Assembly (NCBI GenBank): GCA_016707525.1
Contig: JADJHP010000006.1
Location: forward strand, 184,817 to 248,816
Direction: 5' to 3'
Origin: Ignavibacteriota bacterium
GTDB lineage: Bacteria > Bacteroidota > Ignavibacteria > UBA10030 > UBA6906
DNA: 64,000 nucleotides
The notes under the pieces were generated by a model. It saw nothing but the letters and a program-made list of their open reading frames with translations, did not search any database and was not told where the DNA came from. A program made the position numbers and the translations under genes. Positions within the stretch are counted from its first letter, which is position 1, and each line of letters begins with the position of its first letter. Below are positions 18,835 through 29,089 of the stretch, piece after piece.

Positions 18835-20729
18835 ATGAGCAGAGCTACTATCGTGCTGCTTGTCCTTGCGCTCGTCAGCAGCGCCGCTGTGGCGCAGCTG
18901 TCCAGCGTGGCGACACACAATTCCTACCAGACGAAATTCCTCTGGACCGGCCCCGACAGCACCAAGCCCTTCCGCAACGACCAGGGCATCCGCAGCGCCT
19001 GGGTCACGAAGGACATGGACAAGGACGGCAAGCCCGAGATCATGTGTACGGACTATGCCAACGGCGGCCGCGTGCACGTGTTCGAGTTCAAAGCCCCGAA
19101 CATCCTTGAACTCGTCTGGTCATCGCCGAACATGTACAGCACCAATGCCAATTCGACACCGCGTTGGGTGAAGGATGGCGATCTGGACGGCGACGGCAAC
19201 AGGGAGATCATCTATCCCGTTGGCCCGCGCTATACCGGCAAGGTCGTGGTGTTCGAGTACAACGGAACCGACAATTCGTATGGTGCAGCACCCGGCCTTG
19301 CCGATCTTGAACTTCCTGCTACCCAATTTGCGGGCGTGCTCGGTGCCACCTCTGCTCTCCGCATGGACCGCGAGACCGGCACAGTGGATGATATCGATGG
19401 CGACGGCCGTGATGAACTGATCATGGCGAACCAGGACAACAAAGTCTACATCCTTGGTGTCATCGGTGATATCGGCGGGTTCGGGTCCTGGGATATCGAG
19501 GGCGGGAACCCGGCAGTGCATCCCGAGAACAAGTTCTCGGCTGGCTCCTGGTGGCAGTCGGTCCCGACCGACATCGATGGCGACGGCGCGAAGGAGATCG
19601 TGAACCACTACTGGAACTTCTACGGATTCTGGTCCATCGATCCGAAGGGTACGGATTCGTACCGGTACCCGACCCCGGGTGCTGACACGCTGACGAACCC
19701 GAAAGCGAAGAACTACTACTTCGAGTACATGAAGTCTTTCGGTGACGATGCGGTCGCGTATATGGGCGTGCAGCCTGCCGACGTCAACGGCGACGGCGCG
19801 AAAGAGATCGCGGGTATCCTCTACATCGGCGGCTCCACGAATGACTATCAGGTCTCTCTGACTGCGGTCGCCAAGGGAGATACCGGTGTGTATGTTTGGA
19901 AGGACTCGACCCAGTTCGGCATCGTCGGAAAAGACCTCTGGAAAGCTGCCGGCAAGAACACCGGTGCATTCTGGGGCATCGGTGCCTATGACTTCAACGG
20001 CAACGGCCGCGAGGAGATCCTTGCGGGCGGTGGTGCTGACTACAATGTGGTCGCCCTCGAGTATAAGGGGACGGGGAGCCTGACGGATCCGGCGAACTAC
20101 ACCAGCACGGTGTACTATCCCGGCGAGCCGGCATTCTTCCATAACATCGACTATTATGACTCGCTCGGCACGGGGGTGGATACCGTGTTTGCGGAGAGCC
20201 CCTTCGTCTCCAAGATGTTCGCAGGATCCGATGTGAACGGCAACGGCAAGAAGGAACTGATGCTCTCGTATCAGAGCGTCGCTGATTCCGTAACGTACCG
20301 TCGCTATTCATGGGATACCTCGGCGACCCCCGACTCGTGGAAACTGGACAGCACGTACAAGCAGGTCAACGTGATCGCGACGAACCTCCGTATGCTCGAG
20401 TGGACCGGTTCGACGTTCGTACCGATCGACATGACCACCGTCACCCCGATCAGTACGTGCTCGAAGCCAACTATCCGAACCCCTTCAACCCGTCCACGAT
20501 GATCCGTTTCTCGCTTCCGGCGGAGAACAAGATCTCTCTCGTGGTCTATGACATGCTGGGTCGTGAAGTGAAGACCCTGATCGGCAGTCAGGAGATGGCG
20601 AAGGGTGCGTATCAGCAGGAATGGGACGGCACGAACAATGCCGGACAGGGCGTTGCCAGCGGCAGCTACGTGTACACGCTGAAGTTCGGCAATTTCAGCA
20701 AATCCCAGAAGATGATGCTCGTCCGCTAG
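18835..20729 (+). pseudogene. FG-GAP/VCBS-repeat T9SS cargo gene interrupted by a -1 frame shift (or assembly error)
   Basis: Signal MSRATIVLLVLALVSSAAVAQ after CAGGAG. Six D(I/V)(D/N)GDG..E(I/L) repeats. Frame 1 ends at 20502, while the CTD (PDQYVLEANYPNPFNPSTMIRF..) continues in frame 3 to 20729. The locus is 1895 nt, one short of a multiple of 3. Confidence 0.65.
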
Positions 20730-20768
20730 TCCGCGGCGTCACACCGCGATGTGTTGTTTGACATACAA

Positions 20769-20805
20769 GGGCCGTGACAGATCATCTGTTGCGGCCCTTT
20801 TTTTT
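20769..20805 (+). terminator. Rho-independent terminator
   Basis: GGGCCGTGACAGA-tca-TCTGTTGCGGCCC stem followed by T8 (20798-20805). Confidence 0.75.
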
Positions 20806-20849
20806 ACAATGCAGCGACGGGCTGAAGCCCGTCGGCACAGGAGGCGTGT

Positions 20850-23612
20850 ATGTCAGTTCGTCGTATGTTCATTGTGCTGGTCGGATGCCTGATCGCCGGT
20901 GTCGCCTTTGGCGGGAACACGGGGAAGATCGCCGGGCGCATTCAGAGTTCGGAGAACGGGGAAACCCTCGTCGGCGTCAGCGTGCTCATCGAAGGCACCT
21001 CCATCGGCGCCAGTACGAATGTGGATGGCGATTTCACCATCATCAACATCCCGCCGGGGACGTACAACGTCGTCGCCTCCGGGGTCGGCTTCCAGAAGAA
21101 GCGCATCACGAATGTGAAGGTCTCGGTGGACTTCACCACCCGGCTGGACATCAAGCTGGGGACCGACGTGATCGCCCTCGAGACCGTGGAAGTGCAGGCC
21201 GAGGCGCCGATGATCCGCCGCGACCTGACATCCTCGCACACGAACATCGACGCGGCAGCGATTCAGGCCTTGCCCGTGGAGAGCGTGACGCAGATCCTCT
21301 CCTTGCAGGCCGGCATCACCCAGGGCGCGGGGGGCGAATTGCATATCCGCGGCGGACGCTCCAACGAGATCGCCTACACGGTGAACGGCGTGTCGATCTC
21401 CAACCCGTTCGACAACACCCGCACCGTGCAGATCGCCACGAATGCCATCCAGGAACTGTCGGTGGTGAGCGGGACGTTTAACGCCGAGTACGGCAATGCC
21501 CTGAGCGGTGTCGTCAATACGGTGACGAAGGAAGGTGGGAACAGCTTCGGCGGCAGCATGTCGTTCTACACGGGCGATTATGTGAGTTCGCACGATGAGG
21601 TCTTCACGAACATCGACAACGTGAAGCCGTTCAGCCATACGGTCACGGAACTCACGCTCAACGGGCCGATCCTCACCGACCAGGTGAGCTTCTTCCTCTC
21701 GGGCCGGTTCGACGACGAGAAGGGGTGGCTCTACGGCGTGCGCCAGCATCTTCCTACGGACTACGCCAGCGTGAACCCGATGAACCCCAATGACATCACG
21801 CTGTTCCGGTCCGGCGACAGCGCCCTCGTGCCCATGAATCCGAGCCGGGAAGTGAGCGGGACCGCGAAACTGACCTTCACGCCGTTCTCCACGGCGAAGA
21901 TCCGCTACGACGTCCTGTATTCGAACTCGTCCTGGAGAGGGTATTCCCACAGCTACAAGTACAATCCGGATGCGAACTACAATAATAATGAGTGGGGCTT
22001 GCTGAACGCCCTCGAACTCCGGCATTCGGTGAATGCCTCCACGTATTACACCCTCCGCGGGTCGTACAATCTGAACGACTACAAGCAGTACCTCTACCCG
22101 CTCCTGGATGCTTCCGGAAGTCCGGTGGTCTACTCTCCGGGGGGAGCACTGGACATCAGCACGCTCCATGCGGACCCGCGGTACCAGCCGGATTACAAGA
22201 GTGTTGCCGTGGCACCCTATACGTTCCTTTCCGGCGGCACGCGCAACGGCCACTATTATCAGCGTTCCGCAACGACGAGCGTGAAGTTCGATGTGACGAG
22301 CCAGATGACGCAGAACCACGAAGTGAAATTCGGGGCGGAGTACAAGACGCATACGCTGAAGTATGAGAGTTTCTCCGTTCTCCGGGATACGGTCCGGTAT
22401 TTCACCCCGACCATCCCATCGACGAATACCTCATATCACGATGCGTACACCCGCAAGCCGAAGGAGATCTCGGCGTACCTCCAGGACAAGATGGAGTTCG
22501 ACAACCTCATCCTGAATGTCGGCCTCCGGTACGACTTCTTCAGTGCCGACGCGGACTACTCCACCGATATGTTCAACCCGAGTCCGAACAGTCCGACGCT
22601 GCCGGCCTCGGTCGACCGCTCGACCCTGCTCGCCAGGTCGAAAGGGAAGCACCAATGGAGCCCGCGTGTGGGTGTGTCGTTCCCGATCACGGATCAGGGG
22701 ATCATCCATTTCTCGTACGGGCATTTCTTCCAGATGCCGCCGTTCTCGTACCTCTACGCGAACCCGGATTTCAAGTACAGCTTCTCCACCGGCACGCCGA
22801 GCTTCGGCAATGCCGACCTGAACCCGCAGCGGACGGTCACGTATGAACTCGGCCTCCAGCAGCAGCTCATGCCGAATCTCTCCTTCAATGTGACCGGGTT
22901 CTACAAGGACGTCCGCGACCTGCTCGCGCAACAGCAGATCCGCATCAGCGGCGACGAGACGTATTACAAGTATGTGAACAAGGATTACAGCAACGTGAAG
23001 GGGCTCACCTTCTCGCTCACCAAACGGCGGGGGGCAGGCGATCTGATCGGCGCGACCCTGGATTATACCTTCCAGGTTTCCGAGGGGAACGAGACCGATG
23101 CCAATGCATTCTTCGTCGATCTCTCGTCCGGACGGCAGAGCGAAAAGGTGCCGGTCTACCTGGATTGGGACCAGACACACACCTTGAATGCCACCGTCTC
23201 CGTCGGTGAACCGAACGACTGGAACGTCACGCTCGTCGGGCGCCTCGGCACCGGGCTTCCGTACACCCCGCAGATCCTGACGCAGACCGTCTATCTGGTC
23301 ACCAACAGCGCGCGGAAGCCCTCGCAGGTCCGCGTGGACCTTCTGGCCGACAAGACCTTCACCGTGGCAGGGCTCCGCTTGACCGCGTTCCTGAAAGTGT
23401 ACAATCTCTTCGACGGTCTGATCGAACGATATGTGTATGACGATACCGGACGGGCGACGTACACGCTCGTGGCCGGACAGGGAACCGCCGAGGCGACGGA
23501 TGCCATCGCCGCGCGTGTGCCGGGTGTTCATCCGGCATCGGAATGGTTCGTGAGGCCCGACTATTATGCACCCCCGAGAGAAATTCGGGTGGGGGTGGAT
23601 GTCGAATTCTAG
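20850..23612 (+). CDS. Cassette A gene 1: CarboxypepD_reg domain + plug + TonB-dependent-receptor-like outer-membrane barrel (Oar/SusC-like)
   Basis: AGGAGG 20839-20844 and a signal peptide. GKIAGRIQSSENGETLVGVSVLIEGT..DGDFTIINIPPGTYNVV (carboxypeptidase-regulatory fold). Plug-like LHIRGGRSNEIAYTVNGVS. About 700-aa barrel ending VGVDVEF. Confidence 0.8.
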   Translation: MSVRRMFIVLVGCLIAGVAFGGNTGKIAGRIQSSENGETLVGVSVLIEGTSIGASTNVDGDFTIINIPPGTYNVVASGVGFQKKRITNVKVSVDFTTRLDIKLGTDVIALETVEVQAEAPMIRRDLTSSHTNIDAAAIQALPVESVTQILSLQAGITQGAGGELHIRGGRSNEIAYTVNGVSISNPFDNTRTVQIATNAIQELSVVSGTFNAEYGNALSGVVNTVTKEGGNSFGGSMSFYTGDYVSSHDEVFTNIDNVKPFSHTVTELTLNGPILTDQVSFFLSGRFDDEKGWLYGVRQHLPTDYASVNPMNPNDITLFRSGDSALVPMNPSREVSGTAKLTFTPFSTAKIRYDVLYSNSSWRGYSHSYKYNPDANYNNNEWGLLNALELRHSVNASTYYTLRGSYNLNDYKQYLYPLLDASGSPVVYSPGGALDISTLHADPRYQPDYKSVAVAPYTFLSGGTRNGHYYQRSATTSVKFDVTSQMTQNHEVKFGAEYKTHTLKYESFSVLRDTVRYFTPTIPSTNTSYHDAYTRKPKEISAYLQDKMEFDNLILNVGLRYDFFSADADYSTDMFNPSPNSPTLPASVDRSTLLARSKGKHQWSPRVGVSFPITDQGIIHFSYGHFFQMPPFSYLYANPDFKYSFSTGTPSFGNADLNPQRTVTYELGLQQQLMPNLSFNVTGFYKDVRDLLAQQQIRISGDETYYKYVNKDYSNVKGLTFSLTKRRGAGDLIGATLDYTFQVSEGNETDANAFFVDLSSGRQSEKVPVYLDWDQTHTLNATVSVGEPNDWNVTLVGRLGTGLPYTPQILTQTVYLVTNSARKPSQVRVDLLADKTFTVAGLRLTAFLKVYNLFDGLIERYVYDDTGRATYTLVAGQGTAEATDAIAARVPGVHPASEWFVRPDYYAPPREIRVGVDVEF

Positions 23613-23699
23613 GTGAGGCGGAAACCGAACGAAGAGTATCCGGAGCGGCGGGTTGTGGCCCGTCGGCGTTCAAAGGAAGCTGATAAAGGAAGAGTGTGC

Positions 23700-26600
23700 A
23701 TGAAGAACATGAGAGTCACTCAATGGATGGTGTGGATGCTCGTGGCCGTGGTGAGCGCGGGTGTGACCGTTGTCCGTGCGGACGATGACGAGCTCGAGAA
23801 GGCACGCCGCGCGGTCAGGGAGTACATACAGGCCAACCCGTATCCGGCCGTGGTGAACGGAGGGGTGCCGGCACCGATGAAGCCTGAAGCGCCTTCGCTT
23901 GCCAAGACCTCCGGCACGATGGCGCAGAAGGACAGGAAATCCTTCTTCATGAACGGCAACCGGATCGCCGTGGAGCTGTACAACTACGGCGGCATTGCCC
24001 CGGGCTATGATGCGTTGCGCGCGGTGAACAACCTCGTCTGGCGCAATCTGGACTACGCATTCCAGTTCTGCCCCATCGTCGGCGCTTCCGTCCCCGATGC
24101 GTGGGTCCCGGGAAGCGCCTCCACATCGTCTCTGACGCCCTCTGGGACTATCCGAACCTGCGGGAAGTGAATCCTACCGGCGACACGCTCTGGCAGTGGC
24201 AGCCCATTCCGGGGTATGCCGATCCGGCACAGAAGTACATGGCCTCCAATCCCGCCGATGACACGAATGGTGACGGGAAGCCGGATAGCTGGCCGCGTAC
24301 GTGGTACAACCCCTCCACCGGCAAGTATGTCTGGCCGGGTTTCCTGTCGCAGGATGTGATGAGTTCGGACCTCGAAGTGTTCTGGGCAATGGACGATCGG
24401 TTCAACACCGAGTTCCAGTACTTCCCGTTCCTGGCGGACTCTGCGCGGAAGGGGATCGGTGTGCAGGTGGATGGGCGCGCATTCCAGTGGAGCAACGCTC
24501 TCGCAGAGAACACGATCTTTTTCGTGTACACGGTCACGAACACCAGCGATAAGCATCTGGACAGCGTGTACTTCGGCATCTACGGCGATCCGGACCTGGG
24601 CGGAGGTGCGCCCGAGAACACGGATGACAACGGGTATTTCGTTCCCCCGTACGATACCACGGGGCGTCTGGACGGGGTGCCGATCTATTCGCGCAGCATG
24701 GTGTACTTCTGGGACCCGGACATGAAGGGTGCCCGCGGGCTTCCGCTGGGGTTCGTCGGGTGCAAATATCTCGAGAGTCCGGGCAATCCGGTGAACACGA
24801 TCGATGACGATGGCGACGGGGTCATCGACGAACGGCAGGACGACGGGATCGATAACGATCACGACTGGAGCATCCTCGAAGACGACATCGGCATCGATGG
24901 CGTGCCGAACACGCAGGATCAGGGTGAAGGGAACGGTGTCCCCGATGCCGGCCGGCGCCTTGTGGACGGGACGCAGGACCCGCTCTATCCGGGTGAACCG
25001 AACTTCGAACTCACCGATCTCGACGAGTCGGACCAGATCGGCCTGACGAGCTTCAACAGCTGGTCGTGGAACACTGACCGCATCTCCAACGATGAATCGA
25101 TGTGGAACCGGTCCATTCCCCGGAACTTCGGTGCCATCCAGCAGAATTCCGACATCGTATACATCTTCGCATCCGGCTACATCACGCTGGACCGTGCCGA
25201 GACGAAACGCATTTCCATGGCCCTGCTCCTCGCCGAGAACCTCGACGGGCTGCTGACCACGGCGAAGACCGTGCAGACCATCTACAATAAGAACTACCAG
25301 TTCTTCCGTCCGCCCGTTACCCCGCACATGACGGCGGTGCCGGACGACAGGAAGGTGACGCTGTACTGGGATACCGCCGCGGAAGAGAGTGTCGACCCGA
25401 TCACCGGGAAGGACTTCGAAGGGTACGTGATCTACAGGAGCACCGATCCCGCATTCGGCGATATCCAGACGGTCACCGATGGCAAAGGGGCGAAATTCCT
25501 CTCGACGCCGTTGCAGGATGTGACGGGGGCAGAAGCGAAGTGGGACGTTGCCACACGCTCGGAGCCGTTCACCGATCTCAATTTCAACGGGAAGTTCGAC
25601 ACGGGCGAACCGTTCGTGGATTGGAATCACGATGGCCGGTATACCGAGAACGGCGAGGACCGCTGGAAGGGGTATTCTCCTGTGCCGTACCAGGACCGTG
25701 GATTGCAGTATTTCCTGGGCAACAACCGCGGGCTCGTGCACTCGTTCGTGGATTCGAACAACGTGATCAATGGCCAGACCTACTACTACGCCGTCGTGGC
25801 GTACGACCATGGCGATTCCGTCGGCATCCCGCCCACGGAGACCACGAAGAAGATCACCGTGGACCCGATCACATCGAAATTCAAGTACGATGTGAATACG
25901 GCACAGGTGGTGCCCGGTCCGCGGACGAGCGGCTATATCGCGCCGTCCCTCGCCTCGCGCAACATCAGCCATACGGGCGGTATCGGGACGGGCCCGGTGA
26001 CGCTGCGGATGATGAACGATCTCGTGATCCGCAATGCCGGAGAGTACACGGTGAGCTTCGCCGATTCTTTCTTCAATGGCGCGAGGAACATTCCGGGGAA
26101 GAATTATTCCGTGCTGGACGCGAAGCCGGTCACGGAGACGTTCGCACCCTTCGATACCAACTTCACGACGCTGGGGCACACGGCGATCGCGGATGACGGA
26201 TCGTTGCGGGTGACCGGCGCGAACGGGACGGTGTACACCCGCGGCGTGGACTATCTGGTGAACTTCCAGCGGGGTTCGATCCGCCGGACCGCAGCGAGCA
26301 CGATGCCTGCGAACGCCACGTACACCATCACGTACCGGTACTACCCGGTGTATCAGAGCCGCGCCATCAAGGCCGAGGATTCCAATCCTGTCTTCGACGG
26401 CGTTGCGCTCAAACTGGAGGACCATCCCGAGTTGCGCTACGACTCCATACGCTCGCGGTGGGTGGAAGGGACATGCAACTACACGTTCCTCGCCAAGACG
26501 GCGTCCGTCGGCTCCCGGAAGCGCCTCTGGCCGGCCGACTACGAGATCCGTTTCTCCTCCACGCCGATCGATACGGCACTCACGCTGGGGACGGGCGTGA

Positions 26601-27253
26601 TCCGCATCCCGGTGAAATATTCCGTCATGGACGTCACCACAGGAACGCCGCAGCGGATACTCACCTTCCTCGCGGAGAACAGCTCAACGAAGGATCAGCA
26701 GTGGAGCTCCGGTGAAGAGATCGTGCTCTTCAGGCCCGGGTCCACCGGGCTGACCACCGATACGACGACCTGGGGTATCGTGATCACGAAGCCGGCGGAT
26801 ACCACGATCGCTCCCCGCGCACCCGGGAATGGCGACGTGCTGTTGATCGCGACCCGGCGTCCGTTCTCGACGAGCGACCGTTTCACGATCACGACCGAAG
26901 GCTCAACCGTAAGCACGGAGCGCGCGTCCTCCCTCATGGACCAGATCTATGTCGTCCCCAATCCGTACGTCGGGCTGAGCGATATCGAACCGACCAACCG
27001 GCTTCCGGGCGCGACGCGGGGTGAGCGGCGGATCTACTTCGAGCACCTTCCCTCGCAATGCACGATCCGCATCTTCACGATCAACGGCGACCTCGTGCAG
27101 ACCCTGAACCATGATGCGGGTGTGCAGAACGGGCGGGAGTACTGGAACCTCCTGAACCGGGATGGGTTCAGCGTCTCCTACGGCGTCTACATCGCGCATA
27201 TCGATGCGCCGGGTGTGGGAGAGAAGATCCTGAAGTTCGCCCTCATTAAATAG
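23700..27253 (+). pseudogene. Cassette A gene 2: large secreted protein with variant CTD-like tail, interrupted by a -1 frame shift (or assembly error)
   Basis: ATG 23700 (AAGGAAG upstream) and signal MKNMRVTQWMVWMLVAVVSAGVTVVRA. The N-terminal 135 aa are in frame 3 and the rest (24101-27253) in frame 2. The intact paralog at 32808-36311 is collinear across the junction. The locus is 3554 nt, one short of a multiple of 3. Confidence 0.65.
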
Positions 27254-27348
27254 GCGATGAGGGAAGAAGGAAGGCACAGTGTAGGTCGGGATACGAAACC
27301 ACAAGAATCGTGCATGTTGAGGTGTTTCTTGACAGTGGAGAGACAGCA

Positions 27349-28374
27349 ATGAGACTTTCGAAGACCATACGGTTGGCATCGTTTGTGGTGATGATCGTCG
27401 CCGGCGTGGCGACGGCACCGGCACAGAACCTGACCAAGACCGGGACCACGGCGGCGCCGTTCCTCAAGATCGGCGTCGGCTCGCGTGCCATCGGGATGGG
27501 CGGTGCGTTCGCGGCCACGGCCGATGACATCACCGCGATCTACTGGAACCCCGGCGGACTCGCGAAGATGTACTCCAGCGAGGCGACGTTCAACCACGTC
27601 CGGTGGCTTGCCGATGTGAATCTTGATTTTGCGGCATTCGCGACGCACATCCCCGGGCTGGGAACGATCGGTGCGTTCGTGAGCGTGGAGTCCATGGATG
27701 AGATGGAAGTGCGGACCACCGCACAACCGGAAGGGACCGGTGAGTTGTTCTCGGCGGGCGCGATGGCGATCGGTATCACCTTTGCGCGGGACCTCACCGA
27801 CCAGTTCTCGATCGGGTTCAACGCCAAGTATGTCAACGAACATCTCTGGAACATGTCGGCGAGCGGCGTCGCCATCGACATCGGGACCATCTACCGTATC
27901 CCGATCCTGAACGAATTCCGGCTGGCCGCGAGCATCTCCAACTTCGGGACGAAGATGAAGCTGGAGGGGCGCGACAATCTGAAGATCGCCCAGGTGGGCG
28001 GGGGCGAGGGGAATCTGATCAATACCGACGTCCAGCTCGATGCTTTCGACCTTCCGCTCATCTTCCGCGTGGGTGTTGCGGCCGATGTGGTGAAGGACGG
28101 AGAGCACCGGGTGACGGCGGCTGTGGATGCCGTGCACCCCAACGACAACACGGAATACCTGAACACCGGCATGGAATATGCCTGGAACGAGATCGTGTTC
28201 ATCCGGGGCGGATGGAAGTCGCTGTTCGAACGAGAGACGGAGCAGCACTTCACCGCCGGACTCGGGCTGCACTACCGCATCGTGGGGGAGTTCAAGTTCA
28301 TGGTGGACTATGCGTACCAGGACTGGGGCCGCCTGAAGAACGTGCATTACCTGACATTCGGACTGCGATTCTGA
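27349..28374 (+). CDS. Cassette A gene 3: PorV/PorQ-like (UPF0164/FadL-fold-like) outer-membrane beta-barrel
   Basis: GGAGAG 27337-27342. Signal MRLSKTIRLASFVVMIVAGVATAPAQ. Motif TTAAPFLKIGVGSRAIGMGGAFAATADDITAIYWNPGGLA. Alternating beta pattern; ends GLRF. Confidence 0.6.
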   Translation: MRLSKTIRLASFVVMIVAGVATAPAQNLTKTGTTAAPFLKIGVGSRAIGMGGAFAATADDITAIYWNPGGLAKMYSSEATFNHVRWLADVNLDFAAFATHIPGLGTIGAFVSVESMDEMEVRTTAQPEGTGELFSAGAMAIGITFARDLTDQFSIGFNAKYVNEHLWNMSASGVAIDIGTIYRIPILNEFRLAASISNFGTKMKLEGRDNLKIAQVGGGEGNLINTDVQLDAFDLPLIFRVGVAADVVKDGEHRVTAAVDAVHPNDNTEYLNTGMEYAWNEIVFIRGGWKSLFERETEQHFTAGLGLHYRIVGEFKFMVDYAYQDWGRLKNVHYLTFGLRF

Positions 28375-28386
28375 TCGGTACTATGC

Positions 28387-28439
28387 GGTGCCGACCGTAC
28401 CTCCTCCATCACAGCGAGACGGGGTACGGCGGCGGCACC
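28387..28439 (+). terminator. Bulged GC-rich hairpin after cassette A (possible terminator or attenuator)
   Basis: GGTGCCG-A-CCGTACC, 21-nt loop, GGTACGG-CGG-CGGCACC. No U-tract. Confidence 0.3.
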
Positions 28440-28455
28440 AGACCGGAGGTGTGTG

Positions 28456-29073
28456 ATGAGACCGTTGCTGTGCGCATTGTGCCTGCTATTCCTCCTTCCC
28501 GCGTCGCTCCACTCCCAATCCTCTGATGCCGAGCTCGTCAATGTGAAAGAGCTCATCCCGGACATCGTGCTCGATCTGAAATATAGCACGGTGGTCAACT
28601 TCACCGCGCAGAAGCTGTACACCACCAATGAATGCCTGCTGGCCCGTGGCATGGTGAACCGCCTTGCCATGGTGCAAGACAGCCTGCGGAAAAGGGGATT
28701 GGGGCTGAAGATCTTTGATGGGTACCGTCCGCGCGCGGTCCAATACCTGATGTTCGAGATCTATCCCGACCCGACCTTCGTTGCCGATCCGGCCACGGGG
28801 TCGAAACATAACCGCGGGGCGGCGGTGGATCTGACGCTGGTCAACCTTGCCACGGGTCAGGAGTTGGTCATGCCGACGGGGTTCGACGATTTCTCCGACG
28901 CGGCTGCCCACGGGTGGACCATTGGCATGTCGGCCGAACAGATCGCGAACCGGGAACTCCTCCTCACCATGATGGTGAATGTGGGCGGCTTGACGAGTCT
29001 CGCATCGGAATGGTGGCACTACGAACACGGGCCATCGCTGACGAATCCACTCTTTGATTTCCAGATGAAATGA
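28456..29073 (+). CDS. VanX/DdpX-type D-alanyl-D-alanine dipeptidase (peptidase M15D) with signal peptide
   Basis: GGAGG 28445-28449. Signal MRPLLCALCLLFLLPASLHSQ. Motifs GYRPRAVQ, SKHNRGAAVDLTL (SxHxxGxAxD) and EWWHYE. Confidence 0.8.
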   Translation: MRPLLCALCLLFLLPASLHSQSSDAELVNVKELIPDIVLDLKYSTVVNFTAQKLYTTNECLLARGMVNRLAMVQDSLRKRGLGLKIFDGYRPRAVQYLMFEIYPDPTFVADPATGSKHNRGAAVDLTLVNLATGQELVMPTGFDDFSDAAAHGWTIGMSAEQIANRELLLTMMVNVGGLTSLASEWWHYEHGPSLTNPLFDFQMK

Positions 29074-29089
29074 CGGGCGGGGTCCAGCC

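Noticed and set aside
20431-20470. Programmed ribosomal frameshifting as the explanation for the three split genes
   Set aside because: There is no X XXY YYZ slippery heptamer or downstream pseudoknot-like structure at 20444, 24107 or 51258. Two junctions need a -1 base repair and one a +1 repair, and all sit at simple homopolymers. Indel error, mutation or slipped-strand variation is more parsimonious.
24053-26425. Long antisense or out-of-frame ORFs overlapping supported genes: this one, plus 20853..22352, 22431..23531, 27187..28347, 31607..32815, 34074..36251, 37327..38298, 38341..39246, 40955..42391, 42602..43579, 45523..47229, 47378..48700, 53741..55768, 56008..57351, 57167..58054, 59506..60450, 60496..61230 and 61234..63495
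   Set aside because: Each overlaps a gene with clear family motifs on the other strand or in another frame. They have Arg/Pro/Gly/His-biased composition and no signal peptides or motifs. Such ORFs are expected from the scarcity of stop codons in GC-rich sequence.
20850-27253. Reading the cassettes as ordinary SusC/SusD polysaccharide utilisation loci
   Set aside because: The gene downstream of each barrel is 690-1180 aa, beta-rich, has a CTD-like tail and is not a lipoprotein. It shows none of the roughly 500-aa TPR-like SusD character. No SusD-like ORF lies in or next to any cassette.
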